Positions 49,454 through 61,840 of a stretch of DNA of 64,000 nt are shown one piece after another. Source of the stretch: Octopus vulgaris. Taxonomy: Eukaryota. The DNA lies in assembly GCA_951406725.2 (NCBI GenBank), contig OX597834.1:3286001-3350000 (forward strand). Reading direction: 5' to 3'. A program made the translations under genes and the position numbers. The notes under the pieces were generated by a model that was not told where the DNA came from, did no database searches, and saw only the letters and a list, made by a program, of their open reading frames with translations. How positions within the stretch are numbered: position 1 is the first letter of the stretch; each line of letters opens with the position of its first letter.

Positions 49454-50872
49454 CGAGCTCATTATCAGAATGGAGTTTGTGATAATTGCTGTGCAGGATG
49501 TAGAATATTTTCTCATGATGATCAAATGAATTTTTCCCACTTTTTCAGTTTCTTCAGTGAATAATCTTCTGAAGACTTCCTAATATTCAGAAAACTTACT
49601 GTAGAAACAAACAAGAAAAGACAAATTTACTCATCAAAACTTGGAAACAACCCATTTACTGCATTGTGTTTATCAACAAATACTTCGTTTCTCCCCTCCA
49701 GTCTGTGACCACCACTACAGCAGAACCAGATCCACCAGAGACTTACTACACCACTCACCTGACATGGGAACATCCAGACTAAGACATTGTGTTTTGTAAT
49801 GGCAAATGAATTAACATGTCTGTGTGTCTTTATAAATATTTGGTGAATCAGCAAAACATTGTCAAGTATGCTAATGTTTATGGTTTGCTAATGAAGTCAT
49901 AAAACTGAAACATGCCTACAGTTGTCTAATCAGTGGTTAATGTTTGTCATATTTTCTCATCTTGTGATGATTTACTTTTCTCATTAAATATTCTAATACT
50001 CACTTAACTGTTTTGTCATTCATGCAGATGGTGTCTCTTAGTAATTTATTTTCTAAACAATTTTACATTTTCTACAATAACCAGTGCACATTTTTTGTAC
50101 ATTTCCCTATTTTCCCATCTTTACTTTGAAATGTACAGCGATGTCTATGCTTTGCTGATGAGGTTGTAATCAGAGTGAAACATGGTAGTTAGCTTATACT
50201 TGACATTTGGAGTTTTTTTTCTATAATGAATCGTTTGTGAGTGGCTGCAACATCACCTTCTTTCTCACTATTTGTGTTGTCAGAGGTAATAATACCTGTT
50301 TTCACTGAAAAGGAAACCTTGGTTTGTCTTTGTCATGTGACCATCTGATTGGTCATATGACATACAAACCACAGCAGCACATATGTTATAAAATAACGAT
50401 AGCCTGTCTCTTTATACGATGCTAGAGCAACTCCCTCGGTCATCCATTTTGTTTTGCCTAACATCATTAAGATCCATGGAGTTAGGATCCACATCAGCTT
50501 TATTTTGTGCTGGGATTTCTATGATCCTCAGTTATTCAATCTGTCTTCTGATTATTTGATTTGCTTTCTCTTAGTTTTTTGTTTTACATTACAATTCTGC
50601 ATTTTATTTTCCCCATCATGCTCAGCATTTTTTTTCCTATTTGATCTTTCTCTGTTAGAACTGTTCCATTGTTTTTCGCTTTTAATGACATATTTCTCCT
50701 ACTCTGTGAGATATCAAAATTTTTCAGGTTTAGGAAAAGTTGTAAATCAATGCCAAAATACATCAATGCTGAAGGACTCGTCTTTTCTGGCATGGAGAAT
50801 TGATTGGTAACAGTAGAAATCTTGATAAACAGGTATCAAAGGATTCGAGTTGTGTCGAAAGATTGGCTTTAA

Positions 50873-51092
50873 CTCTTTCGTTACTGTATTTATTTTGAGA
50901 TACTCTGTTTCTTTTAATTAATTTTAAATATAACAAACTATTTAGTAAAATAACTTAGTTATCATTAAGCTAGTGTTAGGAACATAAATTGTGACTAAGG
51001 TTTGGTGGAAGATATTAATCCAAAACTTATAAAAACAAGACATTTGTACTAAAGAACCAGAGGTGGCTTCAGGTGGGTCGGTAACGAAAGGG
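50873..51092. mobile_element. piggyBac-type MITE
   Basis: TTAA|CTCTTTCGTTAC ... GTAACGAAAGGG|TTAA. Confidence 0.7.
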
Positions 51093-51854
51093 TTAATTCT
51101 TATTTTCTCAGTCTACCATTCTTTCAACCTGACCTGAAGATTCTGGGTTGTTTGGTGGTTGCAATCTGTCTTCTTAACCCATAATCACACTTGTTCTCAT
51201 CATCCTCACCAACGTTTGTCTGTTTTCTGTGCTGGCATGGATTGGAAGGGTTTGACTGGAACTGGTAAGGCCAGTGAGCTCTCCAGACTCCAAATTCTCT
51301 GTTTTGGCATCGTTTCTACAGCTTGATGCCCTTCCTAATGCCCACCACCTTACAAAGTGCACTGGGTGCTTTTTACTTGCTGCTGCATTTTATGTGGCAC
51401 TGGCACCTGTAAAGGGGACAAGCCTGTATGGACGGACGATTTTACTTGGCTTGATGCAGCTTCTCAAGTGCAGTAAATCACCCCAATTCCTGGTCCCTTG
51501 TCGTTTCCTCAGTGAGGCCCAGCATTTGCAAAATAATCCGAAACCGATGTATGTGAAACTCCATCCGCTTTCTATGCTGTATGATGATGATGATGATGGT
51601 TTGACAGGGGTCCAGTGAGCTGAAGCCAGGCTGTTTAGCTCCACTAAATACTTCTCAGAACATTGATCATTGTTCTAGCAGATCAGTCATTAACCCTGAT
51701 GACTGATCTGGTTAATAAGAAAATACATCAACAATTACGAGTCGCAGGAAGCTAGGATTCATTTCTGACCCCATTTTCAACAGATCCTTCAACCTCATTC
51801 ACTCTTTAGCATTCAAATTACTTATTCTATATTTTGGGGCTGTGGAATTATCTC

Positions 51855-52248
51855 TTTCTCTTTTACTTGTTCCAGTCATTTGACTGCGGCCATGCTGGAG
51901 CATCGCCTTTAGTCGAGCAAATCGACCCCAGGACTTATTCTTTGTAAGCCTAGTACTTATTCTATCGGTCTCTTTTGCCGAACCGTTAAGTTACAGGGAC
52001 GTAAACACAACAGCATTAGTTGTCAAGCTATGTTGGGGGGACAAACACAGACACACAAACATATACACACACGCACATATATACATATATACGACGGGCT
52101 TCTTTCAGTTTCCGTCTACCAAATCCACTCACAAGGCTTTGGTCGGCCCAAGGCTATAGTAGAAGACACTTGCCCAAGGTGCCACGCAGTGGGACTGAAC
52201 CCGGAACCATGTGGTTGGTAAGCAAGCTACTTACCACACAGCCACTCC
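51855..52248 (-). mobile_element. tRNA-derived SINE (6614 family)
   Basis: Reverse complement of 58482-58870 over nearly the full length. Confidence 0.85.
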
Positions 52249-53524
52249 TTTACAATGGATGGATAGGTGGATAAGAGTGCAGGCTGCTAACCCTTGGATT
52301 CTAAGTTCAATCCCAGTCAGGGACTTGGAAAATAATATTAACAGAAAAATAACACTAGCAACATACCTTAGGGGTCAGAACAGTGTATGTACCCCATTAG
52401 TGAAATAAAGGGTTGGGTTTGAAATTTCAAGCCACTTTGTTCTGAGTTTTGTGCAACTGGTCCTAGCAGAAGTTCTCCTCTGTGAAGAGCCAGATCATTT
52501 CAGGCTCAGCAGATTACCTCAGCTTGTTTAGGGGTTTCTTTGCCTTCATCAAGCGGTTCTTCTTTGCCTTGGCTGTCAGAATTTGTCCTTTGCACCTCTT
52601 GTTCAAGTAAGGCATCAAATGATTTAATAACTTACAAATGCCTATTTGGCTCAAGGAATTAGGACAAGTGTTAACAATGTGTCCCTGTCAAATGTCTTCC
52701 TCTCAACATATCCTCCTAACAATAACCCCTCCCCCACCTCACTATTTCTATCTTCTAATTACATTCTCTCCCACTCTTGTTTTGCAATCTCATTAATTCA
52801 CCCCCCACCACCACCCTCACTCACCCAATGCAATCCTTGGTTCTACTTATATACATGTCCCCATAACTTGAGTGTACTCCACTATCATTCTTTCTTCGCC
52901 AGTTTCTCTCCCTCCAGCTGAGGTAGCTTTCTATCTCCCCTGTGGCAAATCACCTCTCACATGTTAACCTCTCATCACCTGGTGCAAAACCATCTCCCTC
53001 AACATTACTCCATCCCTCTCAGTTCAGCGGGTCTTGTCTTGCAAGTCACTTAGTGACCTCACAGGTGCTGGTGCCACATTGTATGCAGTACATTGTATAA
53101 ATTGGTAACGAAGGGGGTGGCTTTGTATCAGGCATGAAGTAGTGGAAGATTAAACGGGGCACCTTTGCAGGGAGTTCACAAGACTGCAAAGGGGTGAAGG
53201 GGAGGGAGGAGGGAATCCAAAGTGGAGTGAAACATGGGTGTGTAGGGGAGCAACAGGGTAGCAATGATACAGTTGGCAGGGGCCATCATGCAGAAAAGAG
53301 AGATGATAGATCAGTGTTGGGATGCAGGAGAGAGAAACATTGTGCATGAAGAAAAGATAACTTTATAAAGTTATCTTCATTCACACACATCCTATGTCCA
53401 AACTATTGCAGTCTTTCTTGCATGCCTCATCTAATTCTTTTTGCACCCAGCTTTTCTCACAGCATGTTTGCTCTTTGTCATACATACACACTGATGTTGC
53501 TCATTTTTGGAAATTGCAGTTAAG

Positions 53525-53843
53525 ACACCCGTGCCGGTGACACGTAAAAAGCATCATCGTACGTGGCCGATGCCAGCGCCGCCTGACTGGCGTCTGTGTC
53601 GATGACACGTAAAAGCACCAACCGATCATGGCCGTTTGCCAGCCTGCTCTGGCCCCCGTGCCGGTGGCACGTAAAAAGCACCCACTACACTCACGGAGTG
53701 GTTGGCATTAGGAAGGGCATCCAGCTGTAGAAACACTGCCAAATCAGATTGGAGCCTGGTACAGCCTCCATGGCTAACCAGACCCCGGTCGAACCATCCA
53801 ACCCATGCTAGCATGGAAAACGGACATTAAATGATGATGATGA
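53525..53843 (+). mobile_element. RTE LINE 3' end
   Basis: GGCACGTAAAAAGCACC subrepeats and a (GAT)n tail. Confidence 0.75.
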
Positions 53844-53844
53844 T

Positions 53845-54945
53845 TGGCTTCATTCCTCTCCAACCTTTGCATGTCTCCTACATTCAGAGCCCGTGTCTCA
53901 CTACCATGCATGTAGCACCATATAATCTGCCTTTCACTCTGAGAGAGACCTTTTGTTGATAACAGAACAACTCTCAGAACTTCCATCCTATTCTTATTCT
54001 AGCAATAAGATTTCCAGAACATTCTCCTGCGCTACAAATTTGGTCACCTAGGAAACAGAAACTACCCACATCCTGAAAGGAACCTGCTGGGCATTTGAGA
54101 AAATCTAAATCTTATGCACCCTCAGTGCTTATTGTTACAGTACATGCAAAGCTGACTCTGTTGATGTATCTGTGATTCCACTGTACTCCTTGTGTGTCTA
54201 TAACTTGTACTGGGAGCCATGAATAGAATCCCTTCCAACACCTTTCTTACATATTAAGCAGGGCCATTTATCTGTTGCCAACAACACTTCAGGTTTTGCT
54301 TCTTTTCCAATTCTAATCCAAGAGCAAGGTCATCAGGATATAGCAGTTCCCATGGGGAGCCAATTTTAAATTCCTCTTTAACGGCCTGGAAGACGTGGGG
54401 ACTAAGAACTGATTCCTGATGAATCCCTACTTGTACACTAAATTTGTTTCTTTATTCATGGTCGACTTCTACCCTACTGACAGCACCCCTACACAGGGCT
54501 TGTATAGTCCTAACAAGCCACTCGTCTACGCCTAACTTCTTTAGGGACCACCACATAACAGAGTGAGGGACTTTGTCAAAACCTTTCTCCAGGTCAACAA
54601 AAGCCAAGTATCTGTAGTCCAGATACTTTTCCTGCAGCAGTCTCACAAGGAAGATGGCATCTGTGGTACTCTTCTCTAGCACTTAGTCAAACAGAAACCC
54701 AAATAATATAATCCTCTTCCTAATCCATTGGCTTATAACTTGCTAATTTTCATGGCTTGGTCCAGGAGTTGGCTATCCCTTAAACTGTTTCTAAGGCATC
54801 ACCTTTTCCCTTTGTAGTAGCGAACTATAATGTTGCCACTGACGATGACGCCTTCTTGGATAACCTGATTAGCAGAATTGCAAAGGAATTCAAGGTATGG
54901 AAGCAAAACCAGATGGTCCAGGGGCTTTCCCTGTTTTCATATCCT
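53845..54945 (-). mobile_element. Decayed RTE LINE RT region
   Basis: KSTTDAIFLVRLLQEKY..LAFVDLEKGFDKVP (ORF 54452-54682) and HGSETRAL..RLERNEA. Confidence 0.85.
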
Positions 54946-55754
54946 TCACACACACACACACGCACAAAAACACGTATGTATGTCTGTATGTGTGTGTGAA
55001 TGAGATGATATAGCAGTTACTGATGATTTATTGAATTGTTAACGCTGAACAGGACACTCAGCCTTGTTACTCCTTTTTATCTGCTGACGGGATGAAATAA
55101 TTTGTAGTAAAATGACTAGATTTCTGTTCTTTGTTGAATGAAGATGAAAGTGTCACAACTGAGGAAAGAACTCCTTGAAGTAAATTGACTGATATTGATG
55201 TTAACGTCGGGTGGTCTTCGTCGCCATATTTCTTTGGTATTTTGTCAACAGGCGTGCTTCAGGTAAGTTATTTTACATTAGGTGTAGGTTAGATTCGCTT
55301 AATTTTTTTTTTGTCGTGTATGGACGTTTTTCAAGAAAAATTGTTTTTATTTATGTTACAGAATAACAAGAAATTTTTTTTAATCATGTAATAAACGTTT
55401 TATTTTTTTAAAATATGATATAGCATGACTTTTGAGAAATTTAGCTGCTATTTCTAGTAAGCTGATTGACCATGTACAGGCATCTTCGTTCCACCTTTGT
55501 GAAAAAGCATTTCTAAAATGAAATATTTACAACACCACCACCCAAAGCCAATCTCATGGACTACGACTATAATACTGGTGAAAGGATCTCTTTTCTTCTC
55601 TTTTGATACAAAAAAAAAATCCCTTAGACTTAATTTTTCTAAACAAATTGAAATTATTAATATACACCAATGTGAGGGAAGTAATAATTTTTTTTTTTTT
55701 TCACCTCGCTGAAAATTCATCTCCCTCATTTTTATTAATTGTAGACGTTAATTA

Positions 55755-56250
55755 ATAGACGATTGCTAATTAACTGCGGACAGAAATGGCTTCAGCATTC
55801 TTTATTATGTCGATGTGAAGAATCTAAAAACGTAGGTTTGTCGCAAAATATAGAAGTTGTGTCGAAGCAGTGGATGTCCAGTCTTAGCTGCGACGACTTG
55901 AATCTGTCGTGACATCTTCGTCTTTGGCTCCGGATTAAGATGCAAGTATCATTAATAGGAACCACACCCACATTGTTCAGGTCGTGGCATTTTCTGTTTG
56001 TTTTGATGTGTTCAAAGGTAAAAGAAAGAAAACGAAGAGATGGAATTTACCTGTCTCAATCATAATCCGGTCGGCTCTCAACCGAAGTGAGTTGAAAAAC
56101 TTGCTTTACATGACATTAATTAATTGTTGTCTTAATACTTTCACTGTTTTCCTTTTCAATTATCGTTACCCCCCCCCCCCATAACTCAAACTGAAAGTTT
56201 GTATTTCTTAAAGTCACTTCAATGCATTGTTTTCTCACCATTTACCTTTA
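55755..56250 (+). promoter_or_regulatory. Conserved ZNF 5' module of ZNF-8
   Basis: GATTGCTAATTAACTGCGGAC..GTGACATCTTCGTC. The donor reads GCAAGT at 55942. An extra upstream CAG|GTAAGT donor at 55263 follows a YY1-like CGCCATATT. Acceptor at 59237. Confidence 0.65.
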
Positions 56251-56441
56251 TTTCTAACAAATAAACCCGGGTCAATTTACCTAAGAATCCTTAATAGGCT
56301 GCGGTTATTATTATTATTATTATTATTTTGTTTTCGTGACAGGTGCTTGAACGGTAGATTGACAATAAACCCAAGTTTTGTCCAACTTCGCTAATTTAGA
56401 GTAATTTTGTTATTGCTAATCGGAGTTCGATATCACTTCTC

Positions 56442-56682
56442 GGTACTACTTGAGAACAGTGGTCCCGGTGCGCGCACTCGCGCAAGCTAGTCTTGACTAG
56501 TCGATCCTTACTTTGTGTTTTTGTGTTTTATCTACTTTGCTTAACAAAAATTATTTACTTTGTGTGAAAAAATTATTTATTTTGTGTTTTATTTACTTTG
56601 CTAGGTAGTCGTTGTAGGATCGACTAGTCACGACTAGCTTACGCGAGTGCGCGCACCGGGACCACTGTTCTCAAGTAGTACC
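56442..56682. mobile_element. Merlin-like MITE
   Basis: ~70-bp TIRs starting GGTACTACTTGAGAACAGTGG. Flanks CACTTCTC / CAATTCTC (7/8 of an 8-bp TSD). A related single end lies at ~45958-46032. Confidence 0.75.
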
Positions 56683-57297
56683 CAATTCTCTTCTCCATAG
56701 AATCGGAAATCAGTGGTTAAAAAGATTTAAGTGTTTAATAACTCTTTATATTTTTAACGATAGAAATTCGACAGTAAATCCACAGAATTCTGCCCTCCGA
56801 ATTTTGTTTCCCTCATAGTTTCCTTAAAAATACATATTTTTTCATAAAATTTTCCAGAGATATATTTTAAATGGTGTTGATTGCGATTATGAACGATTAA
56901 AAAGAAATTTCTTGGACGATGAATCCTCTACCAACACGGACTTTGTTAAATTCATAATGATTCTATGAGAACATCGGTTGTCGTGGGCGCAGATTGCAAT
57001 TATGTCGATAGATTTAAAGGGAAAATCAAGGAAAATGTATGGCTGGAAAATTTCCATAGAAATTAAGCACATTTAAGAAAGTTGCGGAGAAATGCAGTCG
57101 GCGAGGACGAAGAAGTTTACTTAATTTACATTTTGGTTCCTGCATTTTGAATAGAAATACACACTTTTTTCGCTTAATTTTGAGTAATACTGATGTTAGT
57201 CAAAGTATGGTCAGTGCAGCGGCGCACCCAATGACAGCAACCACCATACGCCACTAACATACATACATATATAATAATAATAATAATTATTATTATT

Positions 57298-57475
57298 GGC
57301 GATCCTTCGGTATAGGTACCGGAAGTGGCTTTGCTTACATTTCTGAAGATAACAGAAACCCTTTTCTCCCACCCCTAACCCTAACGCCCCATATATATAT
57401 ATATATATATATTAAAAAAACAACTCTTTCTTGAAATGTATCCGGTACTTCCGGTACCTATACCGAAGTTACGCC
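57298..57475. mobile_element. MITE, second copy of the 45727 family
   Basis: TIR GGCGATCCTTCGGTATAGGTACCGGAAGT / ACTTCCGGTACCTATACCGAAGTTACGCC, same internal sequence. Confidence 0.75.
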
Positions 57476-57509
57476 AGCATATATATATATATATATGATG
57501 GACTCTCCC

Positions 57510-57780
57510 GTCGAAGACGATATATGAGCTTTCAGCTTTTTGCCGAACGACCTGCACAAATGATTTGTTTTATAAAGATCAAATGTTCGTGCCGCGCGTT
57601 CGCTCACTCTCTCTTCATCAAATCGACGTCGTCTGAACAGGTGCACAGGTGTGCCACTCGTCAGGTGTCGAAGTGATCGCAGAGCAAAGTGAGGTGAAGT
57701 GTTTTGCTCAAGAACACAACGAACCCCCCGGGCTAGGAATTGTGAGTACGACTCCCTAACCACTCAGCCACGCACCCTTA
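57510..57780 (-). mobile_element. tRNA-derived SINE (related to 8078-8270)
   Basis: Minus strand reads GCGTGGCTGAGTGGTTAG..GTTCTTGAGCAAAACACTT..ATCACTTCGACACCTGACG. Confidence 0.65.
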
Positions 57781-58264
57781 CACACGCATTAATGTTTGTT
57801 TTTATGTTCAGTTACAGTAAAAACGATTTTATACATTAATCTGATGTGTGACTGTAAATTTTGTAAAGAGTGGTTTGTGTTAGGAAGGTAATTCAGCCGT
57901 AAAAACCTCTCCAAAACAGACACAGTAGTCTGGGTAGTCTTCTACCTGACCGGCACCTGTCAACCGTTCTACCCGTGCGTGCCGGGTTAAACAATAATAA
58001 TGGTGATGATGGAGAATATTATTGAGAGTGACTTTGAGTTTTGGTCAGCTAAGCCATCGTTGGACTGTGGTGCATTGAAGTTAATCTTGGCTTTATATAA
58101 TCTCTGTTGAGATAAAGTCTTTCTTGAGTGTGCGGATTTGAGGGGTAATTAGATTGTGGGTGGGTTGTGGTAGAGAAGTGTTTTGGAGAAGTTTCTGTTG
58201 CTTAATTTTGGGATTATGCTATCGTTTAGAATTTATTCATGTAGGGCCAAGGTGTCATGCATAC

Positions 58265-58303
<39 letters not shown>

Positions 58304-58305
<2 letters not shown>

Positions 58306-58870
58306 TACACTCACGGAGTGGTTGGCGTTAGGAAGGGCATCCAGCTGTAGAAACACTGCCAGATCAGACTGGAGCCTGGTGCAACCTCCTGGCTTCCCAG
58401 ACCCCAGTCGAACTGTCTGACCCATGCTAGCATGGAAAACGGACGTTAAACGATGATGATGATGATGATATATATATATATAGGCGCAGGAGTGGCTGTG
58501 TGGTAAGTAGCTTGTTTACCAACCACGTGGTTCTGGGTTCAGTCCCACTGCATGGCACCTTGGGCAAGTGTCTTCTACTATAGCCTTGGGCTGACCAAAG
58601 CCTTGTGAGTGGATTTGGTTGACGGAAACTGAAAGAAGCCCGTTGTATATATGTATATATGTATGTGTCTGTGTTTGTCCCCCTAGCATTGCTTGACAAC
58701 CGATGCTGGTGCGTTTACGTCCCCGTCACTTAGCGGTTCGGCAAAAAGAGACCGATAGAATAAGTACTGGGCTTGCAAAGAATAAGTCCTGGGGTCGAGT
58801 TGCTTGATTAAAGGCGGTGCTCCAGCATGGCCGCAGTCAAATGACTGAAACAAGTAAAAGAGTAAAAGAG
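58304..58870 (+). mobile_element. RTE 3' tail (58304-58468) followed by a full-length SINE (58482-58870), between (TA)n tracts
   Basis: Same families as 6965-7285 and 6614-6960. The SINE ends in AAGTAAAAGAGTAAAAGAG. Confidence 0.8.
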
Positions 58871-59581
58871 ATATATTCATAAGTATATATGTGTGTGTTT
58901 ACATCCCCTTATATGTGTATTCATACATGGATCTACATTGTACCTTCTTGTGCATGTCTAGGCAAGTTTTACATCTACTTTAGATGAAAAGTTGCTTCCA
59001 AAATCTCACTCAAAGTCTAATGGGGCACTTTCACTATTTTGATGGACTAAAGGGAACTCTGGAAGTGTTGACATTGGCTCAGGGACTCCTACGTGTGTTC
59101 TGTGAGTCAAAAAGGGATGAGTTCCATTGTCCAGGTAAAGATTTATACCTACAGTTAATCAATATGGAAGGAATGTTGTAAAATGTTTACTTTTTAAATA
59201 TCCTTGATATTTTATATTTTGTTCTCTTTTCTTTCAGAATATCAGATGAAATCAGCATAACAGAATATTATTTACCTGAGATCCATCAATATTTATCATC
59301 TTTTCAAGACAGAAGATGTCATACCGAACAGATATAAACCCTCATTATATAAATCTGTAGTAGAATTACTGTGAAATATTGACTCTGAACTGAGAGTGAC
59401 AAACATGTCAAAGACAATTTCGAATGCCAATTAATTTTTGAGTAGAAAGAAGTTTACAGTATCATCATACAGTCACTAAAATCACAGTTAAAGGGAAAAT
59501 AACAGAAAAATATTTGTTACGAAGAAAACATAAAAGCAAGTAAAGATAAAATTCTGTCTATTGTGTTGGAAGATAAAAATA

Positions 59582-60664
59582 ATGGAAAACCAATTGTGTG
59601 TGTTGAATGTTAAATGTGAAACACAGTCTGAGACAAAGAATGAGAAAGAAAAATCATTATATCAGTGTGATATCTGTAAAAAGTCATTCTCTCACAAAGG
59701 TAACTTAACTACTCACAAACGTATTCATACAGGAGAGAAGCCCTTTCATTGTGATATCTGTGGTAAATCATTCTATCAAAATGGGGAGTTAACTTCTCAC
59801 AAACGTATCCATACAGGAGAGAAACCATATCATTGTGATGTCTGTGGCAAATCCTTCTCTGGAAGTAGTTACTTAACTACTCACAAACGTATTCATACAG
59901 GAGAAAAGCCATATCACTGTGATATCTGTGGTAAATCATTCTCTGGCAGCAGTGATTTGACTAAACACAGACGTATTCATACAGGGGAGAAGCCATATCA
60001 CTGTGACATTTGTGGTAAATCATTTATTGGAAGTGGTCAGTTAACTAAACACAGACGTATTCATACTGGAGAGAAACCATACCACTGTGATATTTGTGGG
60101 AAATCATTTTCTACTTGTAGTACCTTATCTGCACACAAACATGTTCATACAGGTGAGAAGCCATATCACTGTGATATCTGTGGTAAATCATTCATTGAGA
60201 AAGTTAACTTCACTATACACAAACGTCTTCATACAGGAAAGGAATTGTATAATTGTGACATCTGTGATAAATCATTCTCTGCACCAAGTCACTTAACGAA
60301 TCATAAACGTATTCATACAGGAGAGAAGCCATTTTGCTGTGATGTCTGTGGTAAATCATTCTCTAGGGACCATCATTTAACTATACACAAACACATTCAT
60401 ACAGGAGATAAACCATATCACTGTGATATCTGTGGTAAATTATTCTCTCAGAACAGTCACTTAACTACTCACAAACGTAGTCACACAGGAGATAAACCAT
60501 ATCACTGTGATATTTGTGGTAAATCATTCCCTCAAAATGGTGACTTAACTACTCACAAACGTATTCATACAGGTGAGAAGCCATACCTTTGTGACATCTG
60601 TGGTAAATCATTCTCTCAAAAAAGTAACTTAGCTACACATGTATGTACTTATATAGAACAATAA
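59582..60664 (+). CDS. C2H2 zinc-finger protein ZNF-8 (12 repeats; last ends HVC)
   Basis: Eleven canonical fingers plus an atypical terminal one. ATG at 59582 ([13 protein letters not shown]). Confidence 0.93.
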   Translation: MENQLCVLNVKCETQSETKNEKEKSLYQCDICKKSFSHKGNLTTHKRIHTGEKPFHCDICGKSFYQNGELTSHKRIHTGEKPYHCDVCGKSFSGSSYLTTHKRIHTGEKPYHCDICGKSFSGSSDLTKHRRIHTGEKPYHCDICGKSFIGSGQLTKHRRIHTGEKPYHCDICGKSFSTCSTLSAHKHVHTGEKPYHCDICGKSFIEKVNFTIHKRLHTGKELYNCDICDKSFSAPSHLTNHKRIHTGEKPFCCDVCGKSFSRDHHLTIHKHIHTGDKPYHCDICGKLFSQNSHLTTHKRSHTGDKPYHCDICGKSFPQNGDLTTHKRIHTGEKPYLCDICGKSFSQKSNLATHVCTYIEQ

Positions 60665-60955
60665 TTATTTTCATAGCTGCTAATTATAATTAATTTGATC
60701 TAATAAGATTGAATGACTAACAATATTTTAGGTTCACAAAATGAAATGTCTAACACAAATAGAATATTTATACATCAATAAATATTACTCATGGAAATAA
60801 ACTTGTCGATTTGTTGTGTTGTTATTGTTTCAATTAGTTTATTTGCTGATTTCAAACTTTGTCGTTTATTATAGTTACCAGGTTTTGTGGGTTATCATTA
60901 TTTAAATATAAATAAGGGTGGTGTGTGGCAGAAACGTTAGCATGCCAGCTTGTGT

Positions 60956-61204
60956 CTATTCCAAATCCTTGAACAACCAGCATAGAGCTGACCGTGAGAA
61001 AAGCAGGATTCCATCAGATGAAGCCCAGTTACTTTCAATGATTGTACTTGGAATCTTTTGATTGACAGAACAAACTAAAGTCTTTTGAACTATCTCCACA
61101 ACAACTGGTTGCCCAGCGGCATCAATGCTATCGATTTGCATTCAATTTTGTTTGAGCCAAGCGTCGCTTATGGCTCGACAGAAGCTACTCCAATCTATGA
61201 CTAG
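60956..61204 (-). mobile_element. Merlin/IS1595(ISXO2)-like transposase relic
   Basis: One frame reads LVIDWSSFCRAISDAWLKQN*MQIDSIDAAGQPVVVEI...TIIESNW. This resembles Merlin motifs DW.NFCR..IGG...VVEIDES and HTQ.IES.W with the middle deleted. Confidence 0.5.
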
Positions 61205-61227
61205 TTCTACTTTCTACAGAAGATCCA

Positions 61228-61840
61228 TACATCATTTAACGTCTGCTTTCCATGCTAGCATGGGTTGGACGATTCGACTGACGGCTGCACCAGGCTCCAA
61301 TCTTGATTTGGCAAAGTTTCTACAGCTGGATGCCCTTCCTAATGCCAACCACTCTGAGAGTGTAGTGGGTGCTTTCTATGTGCCATCGGTATGGGGGCCA
61401 GTCAGGCGATACTGGCAATGACCTCACTCGAATCTTTTTATACATGCCACCGGCACAGGTGTCAGTAAGGCGATGCTGGTAACAATCATGCTCAAATGGT
61501 GCCCTTTTACATGCCACCGGCACAAAAGCCAGTTAGCCGCTCTGGCAACGATCATGCTCGGATGGTGCTCTTGGCACCCTACTAGTGCCAGTAAGGCGAT
61601 GCTGGTAACAATCACACTCAAATGGTGCCCTTTTAGATGCCACCAGCATGGAAGCTAGTTAGTCGCTCTGTCAACGATCACACTTGTATGGTGCTCTTTG
61701 CACCCCGCTAGCACGGATGCCAGTCATTGAATTTGATTTCACTTGCCTCAACAGGTCTTCGCAAGCAGAGTTTAGTGTCCAAAGAAGGAAAAGATACGCA
61801 TAAGTTGGCTGGTTACGCTCCTGGCATAGGCCACGGGTTA
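61228..61840 (-). mobile_element. RTE LINE 3' UTR with expanded internal tandem repeats, antisense to ZNF-8
   Basis: CATCATTTAACGTC tail plus several ~60-bp ATGGTGC..TGCCACC units at 61430-61720. Confidence 0.75.
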
